From contig JAZSRK010000017.1 in the NCBI GenBank assembly GCA_045538465.1, positions 14,863 through 78,862 of the forward strand: a DNA stretch of 64,000 nt. Direction: 5' to 3'. The stretch is from Candidatus Limiplasma sp. (GTDB lineage: Bacteria > Bacillota > Clostridia > Christensenellales > Aristaeellaceae). A model generated the notes under the pieces. That model saw nothing but the letters and a program-made list of their open reading frames with translations, was not told where the DNA came from and searched no databases. Positions within the stretch are counted from its first letter, which is position 1, and the number at the start of each line of letters is the position of its first letter. Both the position numbers and the translations under genes were made by a program. Below, in pieces: positions 27,458-36,510 of the stretch.

Positions 27458-29182
27458 TTGATCAGTGTGATCTTATTCGGAATTCAGCTGCTGGTAACAG
27501 TGGTGGTCGGGGTCTATTTCTATTCGCAATTGCGGGCCCAGCGTAAGAGCCAGCCCACCCAGCGCAGGGATAGCGGGCGTGAATATGAGAAACTGCAAAA
27601 ATTGCGGGCGCTCCATCTCAGCGAACCGTTGGCAGAAAGGGTACGACCCACCCAATTTAGCGATATCGTGGGGCAGGAAGATGGTATCAAGTCGCTCAAG
27701 GCTATTTTGTGCGGCAAAAATCCGCAGCATGTGATCATCTATGGCCCTCCCGGTATTGGCAAAACCTGCGCTGCCCGTTTGGTGCTGGAGGCTGCCAAAA
27801 AAAGCCCGGGTACGCCCTTCGCCAGCGATGCGCCCTTTATCGAGATGGATGCCACCTGTGTACGTTTTGATGAACGCGCCATTGCTGACCCGCTGATCGG
27901 CAGTGTTCACGACCCGATCTATCAAGGCGCTGGGCCTCTCGGGGTGCAGGGCATTCCCCAGCCCAAACCGGGCGCTGTGACCAAGGCCCATGGCGGCGTT
28001 TTGTTTTTGGATGAGATCGGAGAGCTTCACCCAGTGCAAATGAACAAACTTTTAAAAGTCTTGGAAGACCGCAAAGTTATGCTGGAATCTGCCTATTACA
28101 ATGCAGACGACCATGCAGTGCCCCGGTATATTCACGATATCTTTAAAAATGGGCTCCCGGCAGATTTTCGTCTGGTGGGCGCAACCACCCGCAGCCCCAG
28201 TGAGATCTCTCCGGCGCTTCGCTCTCGCTGCATGGAGATCTATTTTCGCGCATTGGAACCGGATGAGGTGGCAGATATCGCTATGCATTCCGCAGAGCGT
28301 GCCGGTTATACGATGACCAAGGAAGATGCGGAAATGGTAGGTAGGTTTGCCTCCTGCGGCAGAGACGCTGTGAATATCGTACAGATGTGCGCTGGGCTTG
28401 CCCAATTGGAGGAACGCAAGACGATCCATACCAAGGATGTGGAATGGGTGGTCTATTCCGGTCATTACGCCGCAAGACCGGAGCAGCGTGCAGACACTAG
28501 CGACCGGGTAGGCGTTGTACACGGGCTTGCGATCGTGGGCAGCCATCAGGGCGCAACCATGGAAATTGAAGCAGTGGCACAAAAAGGCAGCGGCAGGCTT
28601 CACATTACCGGCATTGTGGAGGAGGAGGAAATGGGCAGCGAGAATCGCCGCATCCGGCGCAAATCCACAGCCAAAAGTTCCCTTGAAAACGTGATGACGC
28701 TGCTGAGCAGCATGGGTTATCCCACAGAAGAATATGACCTGCATATCAATTTTCCCGGCGGCACACCGGTGGATGGGCCTTCTGCAGGTGTCGCCATGGC
28801 CGTGGTAACTGCCAGCGCGCTTACGGGCCGCCCTGTGGATGGGCGCGTGGCAGTAACCGGCGAAGTATCGGTGCTGGGGCAAGTAAAGCCTGTGGGCGGC
28901 GTGCCCGGCAAGGTGGAAGCAGCGCAGCGGGCTGGGTTGACCACTGTGCTGATCCCTGCAGAAAACCAGCTGGAACGCTTTGAGCATATCAACATTGAGG
29001 TAAGCCCGATCCGCACGCTGAAAGAGGCGCTGGAGCGTATGCTGTTGCCCAGTATGCAGCGTATTCCGAACGAGGTCTGCTCCATACCGTATGCAGCCGA
29101 GGCAGGGGTGCAGCCTGCGCTCCCCGTATTGATTGCAGGCGAGAAGCTGGCCAGCGGAGAAAGCAGCACCTGCCTTCCCTGA
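27458..29182 (+). CDS. lonB: membrane-anchored Lon-like ATP-dependent protease LonB
   Basis: TTG 27458 lies 7 nt after GGGAGG. N-terminal TM (ISVILFGIQLLVTVVVGVYF), Walker A GPPGIGKT, protease Ser in DGPSAG. lonB-lon-engB order is as in B. subtilis. Confidence 0.85.
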   Translation: MISVILFGIQLLVTVVVGVYFYSQLRAQRKSQPTQRRDSGREYEKLQKLRALHLSEPLAERVRPTQFSDIVGQEDGIKSLKAILCGKNPQHVIIYGPPGIGKTCAARLVLEAAKKSPGTPFASDAPFIEMDATCVRFDERAIADPLIGSVHDPIYQGAGPLGVQGIPQPKPGAVTKAHGGVLFLDEIGELHPVQMNKLLKVLEDRKVMLESAYYNADDHAVPRYIHDIFKNGLPADFRLVGATTRSPSEISPALRSRCMEIYFRALEPDEVADIAMHSAERAGYTMTKEDAEMVGRFASCGRDAVNIVQMCAGLAQLEERKTIHTKDVEWVVYSGHYAARPEQRADTSDRVGVVHGLAIVGSHQGATMEIEAVAQKGSGRLHITGIVEEEEMGSENRRIRRKSTAKSSLENVMTLLSSMGYPTEEYDLHINFPGGTPVDGPSAGVAMAVVTASALTGRPVDGRVAVTGEVSVLGQVKPVGGVPGKVEAAQRAGLTTVLIPAENQLERFEHINIEVSPIRTLKEALERMLLPSMQRIPNEVCSIPYAAEAGVQPALPVLIAGEKLASGESSTCLP

Positions 29183-29304
29183 AATTGCCCATTTGTGACA
29201 ATCTGCGCATGTGACTTGCATTTGTACCTTGAACCCGATATAATCATTCAGGGCTTTTGCCTTTTATGATGTCCGTCTGCTTTTGCAGGCGTTTGGAGGT
29301 ACAT

Positions 29305-31659
29305 ATGCAGGAAACGAACCGCAAAACGCTGCGTAAATCGCTGCCGTTGTTGCCGCTGCGCGGGATCATGGTATTCCCGCACATGGTAATGCATTTTGAT
29401 GTGGGTCGTCCTAAGAGCGTAGCAGCTCTGGAAAAAGCAATGATGGATGACCAGCTGATTTTTCTCGTGGCCCAGAGGGATGCGGATGTTGATGACCCCA
29501 AGAATAGCGATCTGTACCGGGTGGGTACGGTAGCACGCATCAAGCAGGTGCTCAATCTTCCGGGCGATAGCATTCGTGTGCTGGTGGAAGGTCTCCATCG
29601 GGCAGTGCTGCTTCGCATAACGGAGACCGAGCCGCATCTGGTGGCGGAGGTGCGCAATGTTACCAAGTCTATAGACGACCCCATGGAACTGAAGGCACTG
29701 GTACGCACCACCCATCAGTATTTTGAAGAGCTGGCCAGAGTCAGCAAGCGCGTTTCTCAGGAAACGCTTCAATCTGTTCTGTCTGTAGACGACCCTGAGC
29801 AACTGGCAGATATTATCGCTGCTAATGTGCTCACCGAACTTACAGACCGGCAGTCCGTGCTGGAAAAGTTGAAAGTGAGCCAGCGCTTGGAAGCAGTTTG
29901 CGCTATTCTCCTTAGAGAGATCGAACTGACCGGCGTTGAAAAACAAGTACAGAGCCGCATCAAGACCCAGATCGAGCAAAACCAGAAGGATTATTACCTT
30001 CGGGAACAGATCAAGGCCATTCAGACCGAACTGGGCGATAAGGACGGTACCGAAGTAGAAGAACTGCGGGAACGCCTTGCCAATACACCCTTGAATGAGG
30101 AAGCGCGCCAGAAGGCCCTCAAGGAGATCGAACGCCTGAGCCAGATGCCTCCGGGCATTCCGGAGATCAATGTGACCCGTACCTACATTGAATGGATCTT
30201 GGATCTTCCGTGGGGCAAAACCACCACCGATCAGCTGGATCTGAAGCGGGCACGCCGGGTGCTGGATCAGGAGCATTACGGCATGGAACAAGTTAAGGAG
30301 CGCATTATCGAATATCTGGCAGTTTTGCGCATGAAGCAGGATATGAAGGGGCCCATCCTTTGCTTTGCAGGCCCTCCCGGTGTGGGTAAGACCTCTATTG
30401 TGCGTTCCATTGCCAAAGCCGTCGGACGCGAGTTTGTGCAGATGTCTTTGGGCGGCGTGCGGGATGAAGCGGAGATCCGCGGTCATCGCCGTACCTATGT
30501 AGCCGCGATCCCCGGACGCATCATTGCGGGTCTTAAGCAGGCCGGCACCACCAACCCGGTGTTTCTGTTTGACGAGATCGATAAGCTGAGCCGGGATAGT
30601 CACGGCGATCCGTCCGCAGCCCTGTTGGAAGTGCTGGACGGCGAGCAGAACCACGCCTTCCGGGATCACTATATGGAGCTGCCCTTCGATCTGAGCCGGG
30701 TTATGTTCATCACCACCGCCAATAGTGTGGATACCATACCGCCTGCCTTGCGCGACCGTCTGGAGATCATCGAGGTTTCCAGCTATACCGAGGAAGAAAA
30801 ACTGCGCATTGCTAAAAAGCATCTGCTGCCAAAGCAGATAACGGCGCACGGTCTCAAGAGCGGCAGTGTGCGCATGCAGGAAAAACTCATCAGCACCGTT
30901 ATTGAGGATTACACCCGGGAAGCCGGTGTTCGTCAGTTGGAACGGGTGCTGGCAAAAATCGTCCGCAAAGCCGCTGTCGAAATGCTGGATAAGGATACCA
31001 AGCAAGTCGCCATGAGTTTGGATAAGCTGCGCAACTATCTGGGCGCAGCCCGCTATACCCGTGAAGGGCTGGATCATGTGGATCTCATTGGCGTTGTCAA
31101 CGGTCTGGCATATACCTCCGTAGGCGGCGAATTGTTGCCTGTGGAATGTGCCATGATGGAAGGCACAGGCGTTTTGCAGCTTACCGGCAGCCTTGGCGAT
31201 GTAATGCAGGAAAGCGCTAAAGCAGCGCTTAGTTGGGTGCGCGCCCATTGCACTGCTTGGGGTGTAAACGCCGAGTTCTTCCGTAAACATGATATTCATA
31301 TCCACGTGCCGGAAGGCGCTGTGCCTAAGGATGGCCCCAGCGCAGGTGTAACGCTCACCACTGCGCTGGTCAGTGCGCTTCTGTCTCTGCCGGTACGCCA
31401 GAGTGTGGCCATGACGGGCGAAGTAACGCTCCGTGGCCGAGTGCTGCCCATTGGCGGTCTAAAAGAGAAGCTGATGGCTGCCTACCGTGCGGGTGTAAAA
31501 ACGGTGCTTATTCCCAGCGAGAACATGAAAGACTTGGAAGATGTGGCAGAGGTAGTGCTTGCTAAGCTGACCATTCAGCCTGTAGAAGATGTACGGCAGG
31601 TGTTGGAGGTCGCGCTGGCGCAGCCCTTGCCGGAGGCGGAGGTGCAGCATGGAGATTAA
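29305..31659 (+). CDS. lon: ATP-dependent endopeptidase La (LonA)
   Basis: [19 protein letters not shown] domain, [20 protein letters not shown] 29305 follows GGAGG. Confidence 0.95.
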   Translation: MQETNRKTLRKSLPLLPLRGIMVFPHMVMHFDVGRPKSVAALEKAMMDDQLIFLVAQRDADVDDPKNSDLYRVGTVARIKQVLNLPGDSIRVLVEGLHRAVLLRITETEPHLVAEVRNVTKSIDDPMELKALVRTTHQYFEELARVSKRVSQETLQSVLSVDDPEQLADIIAANVLTELTDRQSVLEKLKVSQRLEAVCAILLREIELTGVEKQVQSRIKTQIEQNQKDYYLREQIKAIQTELGDKDGTEVEELRERLANTPLNEEARQKALKEIERLSQMPPGIPEINVTRTYIEWILDLPWGKTTTDQLDLKRARRVLDQEHYGMEQVKERIIEYLAVLRMKQDMKGPILCFAGPPGVGKTSIVRSIAKAVGREFVQMSLGGVRDEAEIRGHRRTYVAAIPGRIIAGLKQAGTTNPVFLFDEIDKLSRDSHGDPSAALLEVLDGEQNHAFRDHYMELPFDLSRVMFITTANSVDTIPPALRDRLEIIEVSSYTEEEKLRIAKKHLLPKQITAHGLKSGSVRMQEKLISTVIEDYTREAGVRQLERVLAKIVRKAAVEMLDKDTKQVAMSLDKLRNYLGAARYTREGLDHVDLIGVVNGLAYTSVGGELLPVECAMMEGTGVLQLTGSLGDVMQESAKAALSWVRAHCTAWGVNAEFFRKHDIHIHVPEGAVPKDGPSAGVTLTTALVSALLSLPVRQSVAMTGEVTLRGRVLPIGGLKEKLMAAYRAGVKTVLIPSENMKDLEDVAEVVLAKLTIQPVEDVRQVLEVALAQPLPEAEVQHGD

Positions 31660-32269
31660 GCAAGCTTCCTTTGTGACCAGTCTGGCGAAGTACCACGAAA
31701 ATCCGCCCATCCAATTGCCTCAGCTGGCTGTAGTAGGCAAGAGCAATGTGGGCAAAAGTTCACTGATCAACTCCCTGTGCAATCGCCGCAAGCTTTGCAA
31801 AACCAGCGCTACTCCGGGAAAAACCCGTCTCATCAACGTGTTCCTCATCAATGAGGCTTTCCATTTGGTAGACTTGCCAGGCTATGGCTTTGCCAAAGTA
31901 GATAAGGCGGAGAAACAGCGCTGGGGCGATATGATGGATACCTATTTTCAGGAAAGCAACTATCTGATGCATGTATTGCACCTGGTAGATATCCGTCACG
32001 AACCCACGCAGGATGATATCGCCATGAACAAGTATTTTCGCCAAATGGACATTCCCTTTACAGTGGTGGCTACCAAAGCGGATAAGATCAGTCGCGGGGC
32101 CCGTATGAAGCACATCGCGCCGATTTGCCGTGCGCTGCTCGTACAGCCGTGGGAGGTCATTCCCTATTCCAGTGAAGATGGCTTCGGAAGGGATAAGGTG
32201 TTGGATCTGATCGACGATGTGCTTTACGGCGAAGAGCCAGAAGAGACGCGAGCTGCCCCGGAGGCATAA
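31649..32269 (+). CDS. engB: ribosome-biogenesis GTPase YihA/YsxC
   Basis: G1 motif GKSNVGKSSL, DLPGYG, ATKADK. ATG 31649 overlaps the lon 3' end. Confidence 0.9.
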   Translation: MEIKQASFVTSLAKYHENPPIQLPQLAVVGKSNVGKSSLINSLCNRRKLCKTSATPGKTRLINVFLINEAFHLVDLPGYGFAKVDKAEKQRWGDMMDTYFQESNYLMHVLHLVDIRHEPTQDDIAMNKYFRQMDIPFTVVATKADKISRGARMKHIAPICRALLVQPWEVIPYSSEDGFGRDKVLDLIDDVLYGEEPEETRAAPEA

Positions 32270-32343
32270 CGAAAGACACCATTCGCTACAGCGCGCATAG
32301 CATGCAGTATCCTCCTGTTGATAACGCAGAAAGGAGCGAAAGC

Positions 32344-32670
32344 ATGCAGCAGCGTTACCTGTATATGAAACCGGCGCTACAGCCCAGCGAGGCTGTTCTG
32401 CTGCCGGCGCTTACCAGACGTAAATGGCCAGAACTGCCGGCAATGGAGCCGCTTCGTACCCCAATGTCCAATGGCTTTGTGCCTGTCAGCGGCGATTGGA
32501 ACGGGCAAACCACAGCCCTGAGTACGCGGGTGCGCTCCGTGGGCAGCATGGCCGGTCGGGGCGTGCTTAGAGCAGTTGGTGCCATGGAAAACCCTTATGC
32601 AAGAAAAAGCACCAATGGTTTCAGAAGAAGAGCCGGACGGAGCACGTACACAGCTTGGTCGGGCCGATAA
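32344..32670 (+). CDS. hypothetical basic 108-aa protein (orphan)
   Basis: ATG 32344 lies 7 nt after AAAGGAG and is followed by a GGCGTCC..GGACGCC hairpin. No family recognised. Confidence 0.35.
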   Translation: MQQRYLYMKPALQPSEAVLLPALTRRKWPELPAMEPLRTPMSNGFVPVSGDWNGQTTALSTRVRSVGSMAGRGVLRAVGAMENPYARKSTNGFRRRAGRSTYTAWSGR

Positions 32671-32822
32671 ACGAGTGCGGCGTCCTTCCCATCAGGGAGG
32701 GACGCCGTTGACTATCCAATAAAAGCCAACAGGAATATAGCGAAAGAAGGCTCCGTTGGCGGAGGGGATACCTTTGCCAACGGAGCGATGGAAAAATAGC
32801 TTTGTTAATAGGAACGGCGAAC

Positions 32823-33641
32823 TTATCGAACGAATAATTGAGTCACATACACAAAGCCCTGTGCGTCGGTTACCACACCAATGCCTACCTTCGTCCAGCT
32901 GGATGATAGAATGTTTTTTCTGTGGCCGTCGCTGCTCATAAAGGCGGCTTGCGATTTTTCTACCGTGGCATGGTGGGCGATGTTTTCACCAACAGCTTGA
33001 AAAGTGTAACCTAAGCTTTTTAGCATTTGGGAAGGAGAGCCGTAAGTAGGGGAGTTGTGAGCAAAATATCGGTTGGTCTTCATATCGCTGCTTTTGAGGC
33101 GGGCTATGGCGCACAATGCAGGATCCAGCGTTAAAGGAGCTTTTCCGTTTGCTTTTCGGTCTTGATTAAGCAAAAGAAATGCAATTTCCTCTTGCGTGCC
33201 TACATATCCCGTAGTATAATCTTCGTCTGTAGAGGGGGTAGGCGTTGCAACGATAGGTTTTTTGCTGGTTTCCGGCTGCGGGGTCGCAGTGGGATGAGGC
33301 GTAAACGAGATCGTTGGCTTAGGCGTCTGTGTTCTCTCGGGTATGAATGGCGGTGTTAGCGTCGGTTTTGCAGTCGGAGCGGCGGTGGCTATCGGCTCCT
33401 TTGTGGGCGTGGCTTCAAGCGGCTGCTGGGTGAGCACAGGCACCATGGTCGGCTCAGGTGTAAAGTGCGGCACTTGTGTCAAAACCGGTCGGTCATCCAC
33501 TGGTGTTGCAGATGCGAAGGGGTCAGCCTTACCGCTGTAGGGCGTGTGTGGAGTATGCCATGTAGCTTCTGCCTGTGCAGCAGTACTTGTGCCAAGCGCC
33601 ACCGCCAAAAGAAGGGACAGCGTCTTCTGTTTCTTTTCCAT
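32823..33641 (-). CDS. secreted CAP/SCP (YkwD-like) domain protein with Pro/Thr-rich linker
   Basis: Signal peptide MEKKQKTLSLLLAVALGTSTAAQA. C-terminal CAP domain (NQDR...YFAHNSP...GENIA...H.KNIL...VGIGV). GGAGG RBS. Confidence 0.85.
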   Translation of the reverse strand: MEKKQKTLSLLLAVALGTSTAAQAEATWHTPHTPYSGKADPFASATPVDDRPVLTQVPHFTPEPTMVPVLTQQPLEATPTKEPIATAAPTAKPTLTPPFIPERTQTPKPTISFTPHPTATPQPETSKKPIVATPTPSTDEDYTTGYVGTQEEIAFLLLNQDRKANGKAPLTLDPALCAIARLKSSDMKTNRYFAHNSPTYGSPSQMLKSLGYTFQAVGENIAHHATVEKSQAAFMSSDGHRKNILSSSWTKVGIGVVTDAQGFVYVTQLFVR

Positions 33642-33797
33642 AGGAACCTCCGTATTCTTCAGAATGTGTGCTTCAAGCAATAAAATCGTAATATATTCGT
33701 AATATAATTACAACGATTTTACCAGCCGCATTCCAAGGTAATCTATCCCACGGTATCAAAGGACGTCGGTCCGCAATCATTAGAGGGGGAACACAAA

Positions 33798-34196
33798 ATG
33801 AATCTGGTAAAATGCCCAAGGTGCGACCTGAATTACATCCAGGAAACCGAAAAGCTGTGCAAGGTCTGTATGCGCGAAATGAAAGGCGAACAGGCTTCCG
33901 AAGAAATGGAACTCTGCTCTGTGTGCAACGCAGCGCCTGCATTGCCGGGTCATGATGTGTGCCTTGGCTGCCTGAAAGAAATGAATACCGGTAGTGCCGC
34001 CAGCGATCAGGATGAAGGCCGTGTAAACGAAAACACGCTGCCTGAACTGAATTCTGTCAGCACGATGGATGAGATCATTCCTCAGATCCACGAAGATATT
34101 CCGGAAAATGAGTACGGTGATATTCAAAACGAACTGTCTCTGGAAGACATGATTGAAGAAGAAAATCAGGATGAGGAAGAGGAAGACGACGAATAA
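33798..34196 (+). CDS. zinc-ribbon protein with four CxxC pairs and a poly-acidic tail
   Basis: CPRC..CKVC..CSVC..CLGC in the first 60 aa. The C-terminus is EEENQDEEEEDDE. Confidence 0.7.
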   Translation: MNLVKCPRCDLNYIQETEKLCKVCMREMKGEQASEEMELCSVCNAAPALPGHDVCLGCLKEMNTGSAASDQDEGRVNENTLPELNSVSTMDEIIPQIHEDIPENEYGDIQNELSLEDMIEEENQDEEEEDDE

Positions 34197-34226
34197 ACTT
34201 CCTTAGCGGGCGAAAGAGAGGGACGC

Positions 34227-34937
34227 ATGGCTGTATTTGCAATAGGCGATCTGCATTTGCCGGGGCATAGCGAAAAACCTATGGATGTGTTTGGCGCTCA
34301 TTGGGAAAACCATTTTGCCACCATTTCACAGCATTGGCAGCAGATGATCGCTCCATCCGATGTGGTGCTCCTCCCCGGCGATACCAGCTGGGCAATGCAG
34401 CTGGCCGAGGTGCAGGACGATTTGCGTGCCATAGAGGCTTTGCCGGGTACCAAATTGTTTTTGCGCGGCAACCACGATTATTGGTGGAATGCCATTGGCA
34501 AAGTGCGAAGCATGCTGGGGCCTAACAGTTATGCGCTGCAAAACGATGCTGTTGCTGTGAATGGGCAGGTGTTCTGCGGCACACGCGGGTGGATGTTTCC
34601 CACCCTTACACAGCCGCTGGGCGAACAGGATGAAAAAGTATTTCTGAGAGAATGCATGCGCCTGAGAATGTCTCTGGATCAGGCAGTCAAGCTGTCCGGT
34701 GGAGAACCGGTGGTGGTGATGATGCATTTTCCGCCCCTTTTTGCTGATAGCACCTCCACTGCCTTTACAGATATTCTGGATGAGTATCCTGTGCAGCATG
34801 TTGTGTATGGACACTTGCATGGCCATGGTATCAAAGTAGCGTTTGAAGGGGAGCGAAAAGGCATCCTTTACCACTTGGTATCTTGCGATGCATTGGGTTT
34901 CTGCCCTAAGCAGATAGTGGGCACTGATGAATGTTAA
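34227..34937 (+). CDS. metallophosphoesterase
   Basis: GDLHL, PGDTSW, RGNHDYWW and a later HF.P/GHLH motif set. Confidence 0.85.
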   Translation: MAVFAIGDLHLPGHSEKPMDVFGAHWENHFATISQHWQQMIAPSDVVLLPGDTSWAMQLAEVQDDLRAIEALPGTKLFLRGNHDYWWNAIGKVRSMLGPNSYALQNDAVAVNGQVFCGTRGWMFPTLTQPLGEQDEKVFLRECMRLRMSLDQAVKLSGGEPVVVMMHFPPLFADSTSTAFTDILDEYPVQHVVYGHLHGHGIKVAFEGERKGILYHLVSCDALGFCPKQIVGTDEC

Positions 34938-35065
34938 CAAAATTATAAACAAAATATTAAGAAATTGTAACAATTAAAACAAGAACACGCGTTCGAGCGA
35001 TTGTTTCCAACCCTTTGTGACTACAAAGGTCAACTCCAATCAGATTTTTTAGGAGTAAGAACAGT

Positions 35066-35090
35066 CAAGAACGGGCGTTCTTGTTTTTTG
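35066..35090 (+). terminator. rho-independent terminator upstream of the dcw cluster
   Basis: CAAGAACG-gg-CGTTCTTG followed by TTTTTT. Confidence 0.75.
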
Positions 35091-35146
35091 TTGTTCAAAA
35101 AATGCCGAAGAGGTGTCTGAAGGCCTTGTGCCATAAGGGTTTGGGA

Positions 35147-35175
35147 TTGTCAACCATCCGTCGGTGTGCTATAAA
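35147..35175 (+). promoter_or_regulatory. candidate Pmra promoter
   Basis: TTGTCA (35147-35152), 17-nt spacer, TATAAA (35170-35175). GTGT/GTGG motifs at 35164, 35177 and 35187 could be MraZ boxes, but this is tentative. Confidence 0.5.
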
Positions 35176-35243
35176 TGTGTCATGGAGTGGTTGGCAAGCC
35201 CTAAAAAGGGAGCCAAATAGTAACTTGGTGGGGAGGATGCGCG

Positions 35244-35774
35244 ATGGACGAGAATCAGCGAAATGCCGTAGCTGATGAGCCTGTACGGCAATTGCCGCGC
35301 TCCTTTACCTTCTTTGGCTGTTACGACCACTCCCTCGATAGCAAAGGGCGCCTCATCGTACCCAATGCATACCGCAAACCACTGGGCGAAACCTTTACCG
35401 TAAGTGTTACGCCGGATGGCGAGGGCATTGCACTCTACCCCGAAGGCGTATTCGATGAGCTGCTGGCCGATCTGTACCAGCTCAATCGTCTGGATGAATC
35501 CCTGCAAAAGTATCTGGCCTATTTGGGCAAGATGAGCTACCGCTATATGGAAGTGGACAGTCAGGGACGTATTTTGATCCCCGCTAAGCTTCGCCAAAGA
35601 ATTTTGGGCGATGCCAAAGAACTGGAAGTTAGCGGTGCAATGGATCATGTGCGCATCGTAGATAGCGCCAAGGGCAGCGAAGAGGACGATTTCTTCGACC
35701 TCAACCGCAAAGATATTATTCGCAACGTTAGTAAACTTAAGTCTGAACAAATGGCACGGAAAGGAGATGCGTAA
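35244..35774 (+). CDS. mraZ: division/cell-wall cluster regulator MraZ (with N- and C-terminal extensions)
   Basis: Two SpoVT/AbrB-like halves: DSKGRLIVP and DSQGRILIPAKLR. GGGGAGG RBS. Confidence 0.88.
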   Translation: MDENQRNAVADEPVRQLPRSFTFFGCYDHSLDSKGRLIVPNAYRKPLGETFTVSVTPDGEGIALYPEGVFDELLADLYQLNRLDESLQKYLAYLGKMSYRYMEVDSQGRILIPAKLRQRILGDAKELEVSGAMDHVRIVDSAKGSEEDDFFDLNRKDIIRNVSKLKSEQMARKGDA

Positions 35775-35777
35775 GCG

Positions 35778-36419
35778 ATGACGAATGACTATCAATTTGT
35801 TTATGGTAGGTCTAATGCAGATAAGGTGGAAGGATTGGTACCCAATCCCTACCGCAGAATGACCGTCAGCGATTCTGTCGATATGTCTGACAGCATTTGG
35901 GATAGCCGTACCGGCCGTCTGGTCTCTGATGCAACAGAAGAGCGCCGTCGCCGTCGAGTGCAGGGCATGACCATTGAACTGAATCATCTGAACGAAAACG
36001 AAGCTCGCTGCTGTAAATGGGCGCAGTGGGGCGTGCTGGGCAAGCGCATCAATTTTTCTACCGCTATGGTCATTTTGATGGCGCTGTTTGTACTGTTTGG
36101 CATGTTTACTTTGAGCCACCGTTCTTCTTTGGAAGATTGGAATGACAAGTACGAGATCGCTATGCGCGGCGTTTCGCAGGTTCGCGAGGAGAACGACGCC
36201 ATTCAAGAACGAATCGATAACGCTAAGCGGGAAGAGGACATCACCTACAGGGCTGCCAATGAGCTGGGCATGATTCGTGCGGGCGACGCCCACACCATTC
36301 CGCTTACTGCAGTGGATGCATATCCCCAGCAGGCTGTGCAGACCGGTTATACCGCCGAAGTGGTGGTTGATGGTTGGGGCGAAGAGGAAACTGTACCGTA
36401 TACGGCGAAAGTTGATTGA
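35778..36419 (+). CDS. ftsL: FtsL-like cell division protein with long cytoplasmic N-terminus
   Basis: Single TM (AMVILMALFVLFGMF), then a coiled-coil segment and ANELGMIRA. Occupies the position after mraZ. Confidence 0.65.
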   Translation: MTNDYQFVYGRSNADKVEGLVPNPYRRMTVSDSVDMSDSIWDSRTGRLVSDATEERRRRRVQGMTIELNHLNENEARCCKWAQWGVLGKRINFSTAMVILMALFVLFGMFTLSHRSSLEDWNDKYEIAMRGVSQVREENDAIQERIDNAKREEDITYRAANELGMIRAGDAHTIPLTAVDAYPQQAVQTGYTAEVVVDGWGEEETVPYTAKVD

Positions 36420-36510
36420 TTTGTAAAAAGACCACTGTTTTGGTCGGAAGTATCATAACCACAGGCTGAAAAGCATACAACCCATTATCAAGCATAATGG
36501 GGGAAGGTGT

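Noticed and set aside
29248-31305. Very long minus-strand ORFs opposite known genes. Examples: 685 aa opposite lon, 473 aa at 9942-11363 opposite glmM, 482 aa at 46024-47472 opposite ftsA, 496 aa at 47430-48920 opposite ftsZ, 520 aa at 51181-52743 opposite GH65, and 508 aa at 58845-60371.
   Set aside because: All lie antisense to genes with unambiguous conserved motifs. They have low-complexity or odd composition (His/Arg/Gly-rich) and no RBS, and they are typical shadow ORFs of GC-rich coding DNA.
35164-35194. GTGT/GTGG motifs spaced 10-13 nt apart as MraZ boxes.
   Set aside because: The motifs are short and degenerate and would occur by chance. They are mentioned only as a tentative note on the promoter feature.
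36481-36501. Hairpin CCCATTAT-caagc-ATAATGGG abutting the PBP gene RBS as a translational regulator.
   Set aside because: The 8-bp AT-rich stem overlaps only 3 nt of the SD and is probably insignificant.
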